A DNA stretch of 64,000 bases from positions 64,795,548 to 64,859,547 of the forward strand of contig NC_057718.1 in NCBI RefSeq assembly GCF_004010195.1. Direction: 5' to 3'. The notes under the pieces were generated by a model. That model saw only the letters and a program-made list of their open reading frames with translations. It made no database searches and was not told the origin of the DNA. Numbering within the stretch: position 1 is the stretch's first letter; each line of letters starts with the position of its first letter. Shown piece after piece: positions 1 through 12,368 of this stretch. This DNA is from Chiloscyllium plagiosum (lineage: Eukaryota). The position numbers and the translations under genes are program-made.

Positions 1-727
1 TCTCTTTCTTGAGGTCCAATACCATCCTGATTCTCCCAGTCTACCTGCATGTTGAAATTCCCCATAACAACTGTAGTAACATCTTTGCAATAGGCCAATT
101 TCAGCTCCTGATTCAACTTGCATCCGACATCCGACTCTACATCCCCTGATTCTAGGTCCCCCCGCGCAAGGGACTGAATATCATCCCTTACCAACATGGC
201 CACCCCACCCCCTCTGCCCGTCAGTCTGTCCTTACAATAGCACGTGTAGCCTTGAATATTCATTTACCAAGCCCTGTCCACTTGAAACCACGTCTTAGTT
301 ATCCCCACAATATCATATCTGCCAATTTCCAAAAGAGCCTCAAGCTCATCCATCTTATTTCTAATGTTTCGTGCATTCATGTATAGTATTTTTAATTTGT
401 TACTGCCGTCAACCTTGCCATCAACTCCTATTTCACTCAACCTTACAGCATGATCCCTTTTTGAGTTTTCTGCCNNNNNNNNNNNNNNCCTCTGCCCGTC
501 AGTCTGTCCTTACAATAGCACGTGTAGCCTTGAATATTCATTTCCCTTGTTCTAACTTCCCCTTCAATTTCCTTCTTAAACATCCAGTTTGTCCCCTCCC
601 CCCGCTACTTAGTTTAAACGTAGCTGCGTTGCAGTAGCAAACCTGTCTGCCAGAATGCTGGCCCCTAACCTATAATTTATATAATATTATATAAATTATA
701 TAATAGAGACAGGTGCAAACTGTCTCT
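1..727 (-). mobile_element. CR1/HER1-like LINE fragment (endonuclease region), contains a small gap
   Basis: Resembles the endonuclease-region DNA of the CR1 copies at 30600-31050 and 40420-41030 (e.g. tgaaattccccataacaac, ccaccccacccctctgccc). Confidence 0.7.
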
Positions 728-2379
728 ATTATATAATTTATGCTTACCACAAAACATACCCCAATTTGTCTTTCAATGAGATTAATGTTTCAAATGTCCC
801 AAGAGCTTTCAGTGATTTGTCACTATTGTCAGGAATCTTTCTTTGTATTCCCTGGTGAGTAAAGAATGGGGCATTTGAGGATTTTTTGAAAGTTTTTTGT
901 TTCTCATGGAAGTGAGAGATGGTCCTATATCTATGCTGTGTCCAAACAGCCAAAGGTGAATGTTACATGTGGCTGGCTGATATGTTTGAAAGAAAGGATA
1001 AAGGGATATCTAGGGCCAGCCAACTTCATGTTGGCTACATTCTTTTGTCCTTTTGCCATGGTATGCATGTGTTGTTGCTACTATTGTTGCTACTGGTCCT
1101 TATTATTGATCTTGTTGATGAGTGACTAATAATTGGTAATGTGGTTGAGCTTTCTGCAAGGTTAAGCAAAAGCAGGACACTCTGCCCAATGTGGGTAAGC
1201 ACTGCTACAGTCAAAAATTTGGACAAGTCACATTTGTTTGTGAGACTGATGTTGTAAACTTTGTAGATCATTTCTATCATATAAGATAATGATTCTGAAA
1301 GAGTTAATGTTGGAGCCTGCATTAAATTCTACCTAATCCAATGATGTCATAGGGACTGGGGGAGGTGGGGGGGAAGAAGAGGCAGAAACTATTAGATCTT
1401 CAACCAAGAAGATCCTATCCACAGTTCTTCAAACAGTCTTAGTAATTATATCTACCTTACTAATGTAACATGCACTTGATTGTGATCATGCAATAAATTA
1501 CATCCAGTTGTAAACTAACAACATTTTTTTCACAACTCACTGGTAGTATTCCTCAACCACTGTTCACTAAGTAAGCCCTTAACCCTACCCAGGAAAAGGG
1601 AATGATAGCTGCACACTACATTATACACAAACTGATAATGACTGGCATTGCCACATACACAGCAGTTTCCGTGCATCTGAGCATGTGCATGTTTAGCAAT
1701 TGTTATATATAAAGCAATTGTTATATATATCCTGTTTTTCTTATGTACAAGTAGTGCACTTTTTGCCCAGTTGTAGTCATTTTTCTCAGGCCTAAGTGTC
1801 TTAGAAATTTCTTCCAATTCTTCAGCTCAGTAATGGAGAAGTAAGGCCTTTTTTAAAAAAAAGCAAAAGGACAGTGGATGCTGGATGAGACAAAAACAGA
1901 CACTGCTGGAAAACCTCAGCAAGTTTGGTAGGATCTGTGGAGAGAAATCAGAGTTAATGTTTCAGGTACAGTGACCCTTCCTTTTAACTTTTTAAAATCA
2001 ATTTTGGGATTGCAAGAGCTACTATGGAACTTTTGGAACATTGTAGACATTTGGTAACATGGAAGTATAGATGATGGTTTCAAATCCCCATCCAAAGGTG
2101 GTACACATAGCATATACAATCTCATGTAGATAAGCATGAAAGTGATAGTAATCCAAGATCACAGTCCATCAAAGAAGTCTGTGTGCATCATTAATATCCT
2201 TTTAGGAAAGAAAATGTAGCTTTTGTCTTATTTATATTAATGCAGCATATTTATTTGGTTTGCTCTGAGTCTACACCCACAGCAATGTGCCTGTCTCTTG
2301 ACTGGCTTTCGAAATAGCATTTCAAGGGTGATTTGGGATGAACCAGTGAAACCCTCAACCTGTGAAAGAATTTTTAAAA

Positions 2380-4890
2380 ATGTAATTTTCAGTACACTGC
2401 AGGGCCATATGGTCATCATCTACTTCTATGTTATACTTCTAATGGTTAGATGATCTTTTGTTGGAAACTGTCATTGGTTGACACTTGTATGTTGCAAATG
2501 TTGCTTGCCACTTGTCAGCCCAAACATGGATACTGTCTAGGTCTTGCTACAATTGGACATGATTGCTTCAATGTCTGAGAGTCATGAGTGAGGCTGAGCA
2601 TTGTGCAATCATCTGGGCACATTCTCACTTTTGACTTTAGGATACATGGGAGTCATTGAAGCAACTGAAGATGGTTGGGTCAAGAACACTACCCTGAGAA
2701 ACTCTTGAAGTGATATTCTGGACGGGGGAGGATTAACTTTCAACAACCAAAACCACCTTTTGTACCAGATTTGTCTCTAACCCACAGAGAGTCTTCCACT
2801 GATTCCCATTGACTAGCTATTTTTATGGCTCTTTGATGTCACGTTCAATTAATGTTGCCTTTATCAAGGGCTGTCACTTTCACCTCACCTCTGGAATTTG
2901 GCTCTTTCTCCATGTCTGGGCCAAAGCTGAAATGAGGACAGGAGTTAAGTGACCCCAGGTAGAACCAAAACAACTGGGCACCAGTGAGCAGGTTATCCCT
3001 TTGCAAATAGCACTTCGTCACTCTGTCAACACCCCTTCTTTCACATTGCTGATGGGAGAAGAGTGGACCGACAGAGTGGTAAATGGTCATTTTGGTTTTG
3101 TCTTTTATTTTGTGCACAAGACATAACTGGGCAATTTTCCATCTTGCCAAAAGATGCCAGTATTATATCTGTACTGAATCAGCTTGGCCAGCGCCATGCT
3201 AACTCTAGAGTACATCTTCAGTACTATTGCTGGAATGATGTCTGAAGCCATTGACTATGTGTATCCACTGTCTTCAGTCATTTATTTTATGTCATGTGGA
3301 CCGAATGAAATTGATTGAAGACTGGCATCTGAGACAACCTTAAGCCAAGATGGATCATCCACGATGCTTCTTGCTGAAGACGAATACAAATACTTCCACA
3401 CTATCTTTTCACTGAATGTGCACTAAAGATGGGATATTTGTAGTGCCTCCACCCTTTGTTCGTTGTTTAATTGTCCATCACCGTTTAGTTCTAATCTATT
3501 AGTTGTCCATTCATCTGGCCCTGTCTATTGCACATTGTTTTACTGTTTGGCATGTGAGTAGTCCCGTTTTGTAGGTTTACCAGGTTGACCACTTATTTTT
3601 AGATATGTTTTCAACAGTCAGGGTTAGTTTTCCTCTTTAACCTGACATCATGAGATTTCATGCTGTCCAGTGCCAATGTTGAGGACTCCCATGGTAACAG
3701 TGCTGCCATTTTTGGTGGGTCTGTCCTGCCAGTGGTACCACAGATACCCAGGATGGTGATGACATGGTCTGGGACATGGTCTGTAAGGTATGATTCTGAG
3801 AGTGTTTTGGAACAGATCAAACCCCCTCAAAATATATCAATCAGATAGCCTCGACGCTAACTTTTTATATTACTTAAAGGCAAATGAAAGGTGATTTAAT
3901 TATTCCACCACTAGGCTTTAAGCAAAATACACTTTATTCCTACAACACAGTTAAAATACAAACAAAAAAAAAGTATTGGCATAACTTTAACTTATTGAAG
4001 CACTTCAATAAAATAATATACTACTATAATGTAATAACATCTAATCTTCAACTGTTCCAATATAGCAGCATCTCATAAATACACCGTTGGTAAAAGCAAA
4101 TTCAGCAAAATAGAGTTTTTCTCATACACTATCTCCTTTCCAGTCCAGGAGAAAGGAACACTGAAAGAAACAGTCTGACAGCAGAGAAAGAGAGCTGTAT
4201 CTATCAGCTTCCACAACAAACAACTAAATTCCTGGGTCAATGTGAACCTGATTCTCCCAACTCCTGCTCCTGTCTAATATTACAAAATCTCAGGGAGCCT
4301 AAAGCTGTTTACCCACTGCTTCTGAAGCCGACACTCCATCACACTGTGACAATACCACTCTGTAAGAGAAACAACACAGAATAAACCTTTGTTTAAGGCA
4401 CAGTACGTTACAATGAGTATGATCGTTACTTGACTAATTAGAGCCAGCTCTCCCAGATGTTTGGTACAAGCTCTTAAATGTTTCTAAAAGCACTTTACAG
4501 GATGGATCGGGCTGTGTTTGCCCTTGTCATTTCAAGTGCCTTGGTTGGTACAGGGTTTGCTGTCTAGTTTCATTCCTTTTTATTTAGTTTTTGTAACAGT
4601 TTGATACAATTGAGTGGCCTGTTAGGCTATTACAGAACACAGTCAAGAATCAACCACATTGCTTTGGATCTAGAGCCACAAGTAGACCAGCAGATTTCCT
4701 CTCCTAAAGGACATTAGTGAACCAGTTGACCTTTTATAACAAGTGACAGTGGGAGCCACCAGGCTAGCTTCAATTCCAGAATTATATTTAATTGAATTCA
4801 AATTTCACCATCTGAAATTCAAAGCCATATACCCAGAACATTAGCTGGATAACCTGTCCAGTAACATTATCACAATACCACCACCTCCCC
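2380..4890 (-). mobile_element. Degraded CR1-group LINE with tRNA-like 5' head, interrupted by an LTR at 3803-4412
   Basis: Remnant peptides ESYLTDHVPD (APE endonuclease) and KEPNSRGEVKVTALD (RT) match the copy at 61665-64000 (SYLTD, KELDSRGEVRMTALS); head at about 4600-4890 matches 61665-61970. Confidence 0.78.
3803..4412 (-). mobile_element. Probable solo LTR (Gypsy-like)
   Basis: 610-bp non-coding insert splitting the LINE endonuclease frame. Minus-strand ends TGTAACG...AAAACA; flanks GAGAG/ATGAG are compatible with a decayed 5-bp TSD. Confidence 0.55.
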
Positions 4891-5945
4891 ATATCTGGTC
4901 ATTGGCTAAAAATGAATGAGATTTTTCATCTGCATTTGGTCTGCTGTTTCTCCAGTTCACACAACTTTTATTTCATCAGCAATTATTAATTTCAACTCTG
5001 ATCTATGGTCTTTAAATCTATCAATTCATTTTTCCTTTTTTTGCTTTTGCTGTTTCTTTGTTTCACTGAGATTTCTTTTCATTCTCTGATTTAAAGATTC
5101 CAATGGCTGTCGAACAATTTTTTGTTATAATTTTACCAGTAATCATTCCACCCATGCTCCCTTGCATGGTTTATTGTTCAATCTGTTTGTTCATATTCTT
5201 CTTAAATGGCTGTCTATCCCTCAATTCATTTATTTGTCACTTCTGATGAACTGATCTGAATTGTTAACTTGTTTGCTTTCTTCACAGATGTTGACTAATC
5301 GGTAGGGAGTTTTGAGCACTGTTTGTATTTTAACTTCTACCATTAGGAACCTCTTTGCTTTTCATTTACAGCCTAGAAAAGTCAATGGTAAAGAGATTTC
5401 CACATCAGTAATATGCATGCCTCTTACAGAAGGTCTGAGATTTGGCACTGCAAGTTTTGTCATTGTATCCCTCCCAAAAGACCAATTTCAACACATTCAA
5501 AATCATTGTGGAAATCCCACCACGACCAGGCTTGCAGTGGTCTTGAAAAGAAAAAAAAACAAATCAAAATGAAAATTAAAAGCTATTAAATTTTTCCAGA
5601 ATTCTTTATTTCTTCAGTATAAAGACATGATGTAAAATGACATGCAAAGCCATTACACAGCACAAATGATCACTCACGACTTACTTTTATTTACAGGTTG
5701 TATCACCCTCCTCTAGAAATCCGTATGGATGAGACAAATTAGTAACTTTAATATGAAGAGATTATTTTCATAAGACTGCAGGAAAATACCCTCAGCTCAC
5801 AGAGATTGGTAGATGTCATAAGTAAGTGATCGCCAAAAATTTCACCCCATTTTAAAGGCACCCAGACCAAGAGGAATATAAGCAGGCTAACTGAGATTAC
5901 TGTGCAGCGCCTAAACCTGCTAACTTTGTCAAAGATTGAAGTAGA

Positions 5946-6085
5946 TCACAGTGCACCTTGGAAATGGTGCAGATATCCCAATCCAATGTAGTCCCACCTG
6001 CCAGCACCCGGCCCATAACCCTCCAAACCCTTCTTATTCATATACCCATCCAATTGCTTCTTAAATGTTGCAATTGTAACAATTT
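5946..6085 (-). mobile_element. CR1/HER1 LINE 3'-end fragment
   Basis: Translates TIATFKKQLDGYMNKKGLEGYGPGAGRWD, the same C-terminus as other copies in the window. Confidence 0.8.
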
Positions 6086-6749
6086 GCAAGGTCAAACTAC
6101 TGGACAGTCTAAGGAATAGCACTGCATTCATCTGCAAGAAACATTTTCTTTCAATAAATATGTGCTTATCATAGTGCTATAAAAATATTAGACTTCAAAA
6201 AATCCATTTACAATATAAAGTGTATTTTGTCAAGTCAAATAATCTTAAATGTATTCAAGAAAGTTAGTTCCACCGACTGATACTGTGCAAAGTACGATTT
6301 GCCAAACTTACAAGCGGTTGTAATACAAAACAAATTATCAATCAGAAGAATGATTTCCTATACAACTTTTAAAAATTACAAATTAAAGATGCTGGAGAAA
6401 TGGCAACATGGCATGGACATGTATATTAATTAGTTTACAGCCTCACAACTCACAGATGGCAAAATATAGAAGCGGAATGCCTGTATTCTGACTTACATTG
6501 CAATTCTGTCATTCACCAAGTGTCTAGTCTTTCCATTTATTATTACAACTGTCCCCTTCAATTTCTGTAATGGAGCAAAAAAACTAATTGAAAGCTATAT
6601 TCCTTCACAATTACACCAAGGTGACTGGAAAAGGTAACAGGAAATATGAAAATGGCTGCCAGGACTGCTGTAATAACAGGCAAACTACCAGTTACTCAAC
6701 TTCTATACCACAAAGGTTGATTTCTTTTCTAATAGCTGAATGCTAGGTA

Positions 6750-7428
6750 TCATAGAGTCATAGAGATGTACAGCATAGAAACAGACCCTTCGGTCCAACC
6801 TGTTCATGCCGACCAGATATCCCAATCCAATCTAGTCCCACCTGCCAGCACCCGGCCCATATCCCTCCAAACCCTTCTTATTCATATACCCATCCAATTG
6901 CCTCTTAAATGTTGCAATTGTACCAGCCTCCACCACATCCTCTGGCAGCTCATTCCATACACATACCACCCTCTGCGTGAAAAGGTCTCTTTTATATTTT
7001 TCCCCTCTCACCCTTAACCTATGCCCTCAAGTTCTGGACTCCCCCAGGGAAAAGTCTTTGTCTATTTATCCTATCTATGCCCCTCATAATTTTGTAAACC
7101 TCTATAAGGTCACCCCTCAGCCTCCGACGCTCCAGGGAAAACCCTGTACTCAATACTCTGACCAATAAAGGAAAGCATATCAAATGCCTTCTTCACTATC
7201 CTACTACCTGCGGCTCCGCTTTCAAGGAGCTATGAACCTGCACTCCCAGGTCTCTTTGTTCAGCAACACTCCCTAAGATCTTACCATTAAGTGTATAAGT
7301 CCTGCTAAGATTTGCTTTCCCAAAATGCAGCACCACGCATTTATCTGAATTAAACTCCATCTGCAAATTCTCAGCCCATTGGCCCATCTGATCCAGATCC
7401 TGTTGTAATCTGAGGTAACCCTCTTCGC
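6750..7428 (-). mobile_element. CR1/HER1 LINE 3' portion with internal deletions
   Basis: WAENLQMEFNSDKCVVLHFG...QRDLGVQVHSSLK is a CR1 RT C-terminal signature; (CTCTATGA)n tail at about 6750-6765. Confidence 0.88.
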
Positions 7429-7879
7429 TTGCATGTTAAGTGTACATGTTGTGTACGTATCCTCATTAAAGGAGCAGAAAAGCAAGAAAACAATGTGAGC
7501 AATATTTTCTAGTTGCTTTTAGTGCAATTACATATAATCTGCTTGATGAGAAAAATATATCAGCATTAAACTTCAGATCTAATTTTAATACATTTAAAAT
7601 GCCAACTGAGAGTTTATTGCTAATTCTTGCTGTCTGGCAGTGTTGTTTTGTATTTGTTGCAATAATACTTTGCTGCTGCTCATAGCCCCTACTCTTATTT
7701 GAATTATTCTATCTCTAGGAAAGTACTGTGCAGTTTGCTACTTTTTAAACTGGTGCAATATGACTTTACACTAGTAAAAGTGCCATGTGGTTATGTTATT
7801 GTCATACAGACTGAGTGTATCCCAGGTTCATTTTCTGGTAAGTGGTAAGTTACCTGATCTCAGCTCAGGCAGCAACATT

Positions 7880-8000
7880 TTTATAAATTCATTCTCAGGA
7901 TATGGGCATCACTGGCAAGGCAGCATTTACTGACCACACCAAGTCAACAACATTGCTGCGGTTCTGGATTCACGTGTAGGCCAGACCAGGTAAAGGCAGT
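7880..8000 (-). mobile_element. Fragment of SINE-length derivative of the tRNA-headed LINE family (body joined to tail)
   Basis: Minus strand cctggtctggcctacacgtgaatccaga body as at 61892-61920, joined directly to taaatgctgccttgccagtgatgccca tail. Confidence 0.6.
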
Positions 8001-8625
8001 CTGCTTTGTGTCAATAAGTCATACCAATTTTATAGGGCAAATGTGAATTAAGTCTGTGCAACTTTGGAGGGAGATTGACTCTCTGACGGAATTCAGGTAG
8101 CTGTGAAGGATTCAATAACAACAGGCCACGGAAGTCTGAAAGATTGGCTGCTGCTACTCCGCAATGTCGGTACGTTGTCTAGTGCTCCAAGACCAGTCCT
8201 CCTAATGTGTACATGAGCGATAGCCCACTGCTTTATCTTTCCAAGGTCCATTGTACTTTATTAGTTGCTGCATAACTCAATGCCCATGATATTAAGTTAT
8301 CATAATAATTGTATGCCCGGAATGTGACAGGACCTTATTTTTCTATTTTGCTTTTCAAAAATTTTATTTTCCAACATATACAGTTTACACATTCTGCCAA
8401 TTAGCTGCTTTGTGTATTCTTCCCAACACAAAAGCTTCTTGCCACCTTTTATAAGAACCTTAGACATGATAAGGTTCATGATAAGGTTTCACTTCATTAC
8501 ATGGAATTATGCAAGCTGTACAGGACATTAGTTAGGCCACCATTGGAATACTGTGTGCAATCTTGTCTCCCTGCTTTACGAAGGATTTTGTGAAACTTGA
8601 AAAGGTTCAGAAAAGACTTACACAG

Positions 8626-9003
8626 TTGTTGAGAGTGTGGTGTTGGAAAAGCACAGCAGGTCAGGCAGCATCTGAGGAGCAGGAGAATCGATGTTTCGGG
8701 CGTAAGCTTTCAGGCATCCTTCATTGGATGCTGCCTGACTTGCTGGGCTTTTCCAGTACCACACCCCTGACTCTGATCTCCAGCACCTGCAGTGCTCACT
8801 TTCTCTGTGTTGATTTCAACCCAACTGCAAAGCGTCTTCCAAGGATACCTACCTTGAAGATGTTCTCCTCCCCCAATTCCTGATGAAGGGCTTATACCCG
8901 AAACATCGATTCTCCTGCTCCCTAGATGCTGCCTTATCTGCTGTGCTTTTCCAGGACCACACTCTTGACTCTGATCTCCACCATCTGCAGTCCTCACTTT
9001 CTC
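8626..9003. mobile_element. Penelope-like terminal-repeat insertion (one inverted plus two tandem copies)
   Basis: Flanked by direct repeat CTTACACAG (8617-8625, 9004-9012). Three copies of the ggatgctgcctgacctgctg...tccagca unit; hammerhead motif at 8880. Confidence 0.78.
8876..8911 (+). ncRNA. Hammerhead ribozyme motif, slightly decayed
   Basis: ATTC-CTGATGA-A-GGGC(TTAT)ACCC-GAAA-CATC-GATT; both core boxes intact, with substitutions in stem II and the ACGT palindrome. Confidence 0.6.
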
Positions 9004-9603
9004 CTTACACAGATGTTGCCAGGGCTGGAGCATTTGAGCACTGGGGAGAGGCTGAATAGGCAAGTGCAATTTTCCCTGGAACATTGGAGGTTGAGGGGTG
9101 ACCTTATAGAGGTTTATAAAATCATGAGGGGCATGAATAGGGTAAATAGACAAAGTCTTTTCACAGGGTGGGGCGAGTCCAAAACAAGAGGGCATAGGTT
9201 TAAGGTGAGAGGGGAAAGATGAAAAAGGAACCTAAGGGGCAATTTTTTTACACAGAGGGTGGTGCGTGTATGGAATGAACAGCCAGAGGAAGTAGTGGAG
9301 ACTGGTACAATTACAACATTTAAAAGGCATCTGGATGAGTTAATGAATAGGAAAGGTTTAGAAGGATATGGGCCAAATGCTGGCAAATGGGACTCAATTT
9401 ATTTAGAATATCTGATCAGCATGGATGAGTCGGACCAATGGGTCTGTTTCCATGCTATATATATCTATGACTCTAAGTGAAGCAATTAGACTAGACAACA
9501 TATCTCGAAATTGAATAAATAAAACCTAACTAATTGGCTTTCCTGTTATCTCTCTTTGGAAATTTTAAGGATTTTTAAGAAACACATTCTCTAATAGCAA
9601 GAT

Positions 9604-9910
9604 GGGTGGCACTGTGGCCCAGTGGTTAGCACTGCTGCCTCAGAGTGTCAGGGACCCAGGTTCAATACCCGCCTCAGGCCACTGTCTGTGTGGAGTTTGC
9701 ACATTCTCCCTGTGTCTGCGTGGGTTTCCTCCCACAGTCCAAAGATGTGCAGGTTAGGTGAATTGGCCATACTAAATTGCCCATGTTAGGTGCAGTAGTC
9801 AGGGGTAAATATAGGGTAGGGGGAATGGATCAGGGTGGGTTGCCCTTCGGAGGGTTGGTGTGGACTTGTTGGGCTGAAGGGCTTGTTTCCACACTGTAGG
9901 TAATCTAATC
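9604..9910 (+). mobile_element. HE1-type (V-SINE) tRNA-derived SINE
   Basis: A-box TGGCCCAGTGG, B-box GGTTCAATACC, tgtgtggagtttgcacattctccc core, tail shared with the HER1/CR1 3' end. Confidence 0.88.
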
Positions 9911-11319
9911 CAAGATGCCGGTGACACATTTCATAAGTGTCACTTTTGTTCTTAAGCTCTCCTTTGGAGCTGAGATTAATTCTGGAGTTGAGTAATAACA
10001 ACTGGTATCTAAATAACACCTTAATGTAATAAAGTGTCTGAAGACACATCCCATAGAAGACAGAAGGGAAGGGAAGCATTATTGTGTATTGCTCACCATC
10101 AGGTTCAGTATGGAGCACTCAATAGAATGGTAATTTACAATTCTGTAAATTCCAGGCTATTCTCATCTACCCTCATCCAGTTCAGGTACTGGAGACTGTT
10201 GCATTATATATGGGCAAGGCTACAGTCTCATCAGCAGCAAGTATGCTTTTGTACTGAAAATATTTCAGTTCAGTAACAATTAGATATATAGTGACACAAA
10301 CTCTTAACATAATGCAAACTCAGTGTGACATTTTCACCATCTGACTGAAGGGGTCATGCTGACATAACTGTTTTGACATAAACTCTTTCATTCTACTTGC
10401 TAATGTCACTAAAACTATGGCCAGGCACCAATTCGGAAGCTCTAGCATTGAAACTGAAAGTGGAACTTGAGCATTGTGTGATTGATGTGCTTATTAAAAT
10501 GTGTATGATGTATCTCAGTCTTTTCCACTTTTCTGAGTGGAGATTGCAAATGTTGAAAGCTACTCCAAGTGTGGTCCTATAAATACTTTATTTTAGTAGG
10601 TAAACAGTAGAATAGCATTCTATTGATAATCCCTGACACTTGCTTTGAATAAAATTTGTCTTAGTTTTGCCATACTACATAGAAAGATCCTATCTACAAG
10701 ATTCTGTCGATATGAAAGAATCAATTTTCAGACCTTTCAGACATTATGAACACAATCTGTATTTTGAGATATCTGTGAAATTACTGTCAGACTAAAATAC
10801 TGACTAAACTAAATGGTGTTTAAGGACCATATTCAATCCATCTGATAATCGTTTCTGAAATATACATTGAAAAACTCTCATCACTTCATAACAAAATAAT
10901 ATTCAATTAAATTACTGGTGCAATGATATTTAGAATAGGGTGATTGCTTTAAGTGCTCTATCATCAGCGGTTTATTCCTGAATGTGCAAAAATACAATGA
11001 ATAATAAATACTTGTGAAATATTGGCAACTTCAAGTAAGTTATGAAATAGAAACAAAATACACAGCCAAGTTTGTTCGCATCTGAAAAGACCAATCTGCT
11101 TCTTTTCAGGCACTACTTCAGATTCCACCATTTGTCATTTTTCTGTTCACCTTAAATAAGTTATTTACCTTCTGAGAAATCAGTTTTTAAAATATCTAGA
11201 AATTAATTTAAAACTTCCACATGGCAACACTTTGCATACATACAGGTTCTGTTCATTGGCTCAGATTACAATTGTCACGCAATTAATATTCAACATAGAC
11301 ATTGGTTCATTATAAGGGT

Positions 11320-12368
11320 CAAAAAATGTGGCACTGGAAAAGCACAGCCGGTCAGGCAGCATCCGATGAGCAGGAGAGTCAATGTTTGGAGCATAAGCTC
11401 TTCATCATGAATGTGGGGGGAGATGGGGAGGGAGTGGTGAGGGATGTGGCAAGGAGGTTAAGATATAAATGGTGGTGTGGAGCTGGGGGAAGGTAGATGG
11501 GAATGCGATAGGTAAATCAAGGTGGAAGGTGATGGTGATAAGTCGAAGTGGAGGGTGGAGCAGATAGGTGGGAAGGAAGATGGACAGGTAAGACAGCTCA
11601 AGAAGGCAGCGCCGAATTGGACGGTTGGATCTAGGATAAGGTGGGGGGGTGGTGGTGAAGGGGAGATGAGGAAACAGGTGAAATTGGCATTAATTCCATG
11701 TGTTTGGAAGGCCCCAAGGTGGTAGATGAGGTGTTCTTCCTCCAGGTGTTGGGTGGCTAGGATTTGGCAGTGTAGGACACCCAGGACTTGCACGTCCTTG
11801 GCAGAGCGGGAGGAGGAGTTAAAGTAGTCGGCCAAAGGGCGGTGGTGGTTGTTTAGTGCATGTGTCCCGGAGATGTTCTCTGAAACGTTCCGCAAGTTGG
11901 CGCCCTGTCTCTCCAGTGTAGAGGAGACCATAACGAGAGCAACGGACACAGTAGATGAGATGTTTGGAGGTGCAGGAAAATCTCTGCTGGATGTGGAAGG
12001 ATCTTTGGGGCCTTGGATGGAGGTGAGGGGGGAGGTGTGGGCACAGGTTTTACACTTCTTGTGGTGGCAGGGGTAAATGCTGGGAGTGGAGGGTGGGTAT
12101 GTGGGGAGTGTCACAGAGGGAATGGCCACTGTGGAATGCTGAAAGAGGTAGGGAGTGAAATATATCTCTGGTAGTGAGGTCTGACTGTAGGTGGCAGAAG
12201 ATGATGCATTGTATCAGAGGTCAGTGGGGTGGAAGGTGAGGACTGGAGGGGGTGTGTGGAATGCTATCCTTGCTGCGGTTATGGGGGTGGGGTTCAAGGG
12301 TGGAGGTGCAGGAAGTGGAGGAGATGCACTGGAATGGGACGCACTGGAGGGCACTGTTGACCACGTTC
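11320..12368 (-). mobile_element. Penelope-like element 3' fragment (GIY-YIG endonuclease remnant plus terminal repeat)
   Basis: CHHKKCKTC Zn-knuckle-like motif; LADYFNSSSRS...LEEEHLIYHLGAFQTHGINANF; decayed hammerhead at about 11377-11413. Confidence 0.85.

Larger units (their letters stand above)
8505..9475 (+). mobile_element. CR1/HER1 LINE 3' end interrupted by a PLE-derived insert
   Basis: SPCFTKDFVKLEKVQKR...MLPGLEHLSTGERLNR...RLRGDLIEVYKIMRG...TRGHRFKV; ctatgactct tail. Confidence 0.9.

Noticed and set aside
211..543. 55-bp exact direct repeat (211-265 and 489-543)
   Set aside because: The second copy starts right after the 14-N gap inside a repeat, so it is most likely an assembly or gap-filling artefact.
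9604..9680. tRNA gene candidates at SINE heads (also 14908, 32172, 33485, 34516, 61665)
   Set aside because: A/B boxes continue into SINE or LINE bodies; there is no complete cloverleaf with a terminator.
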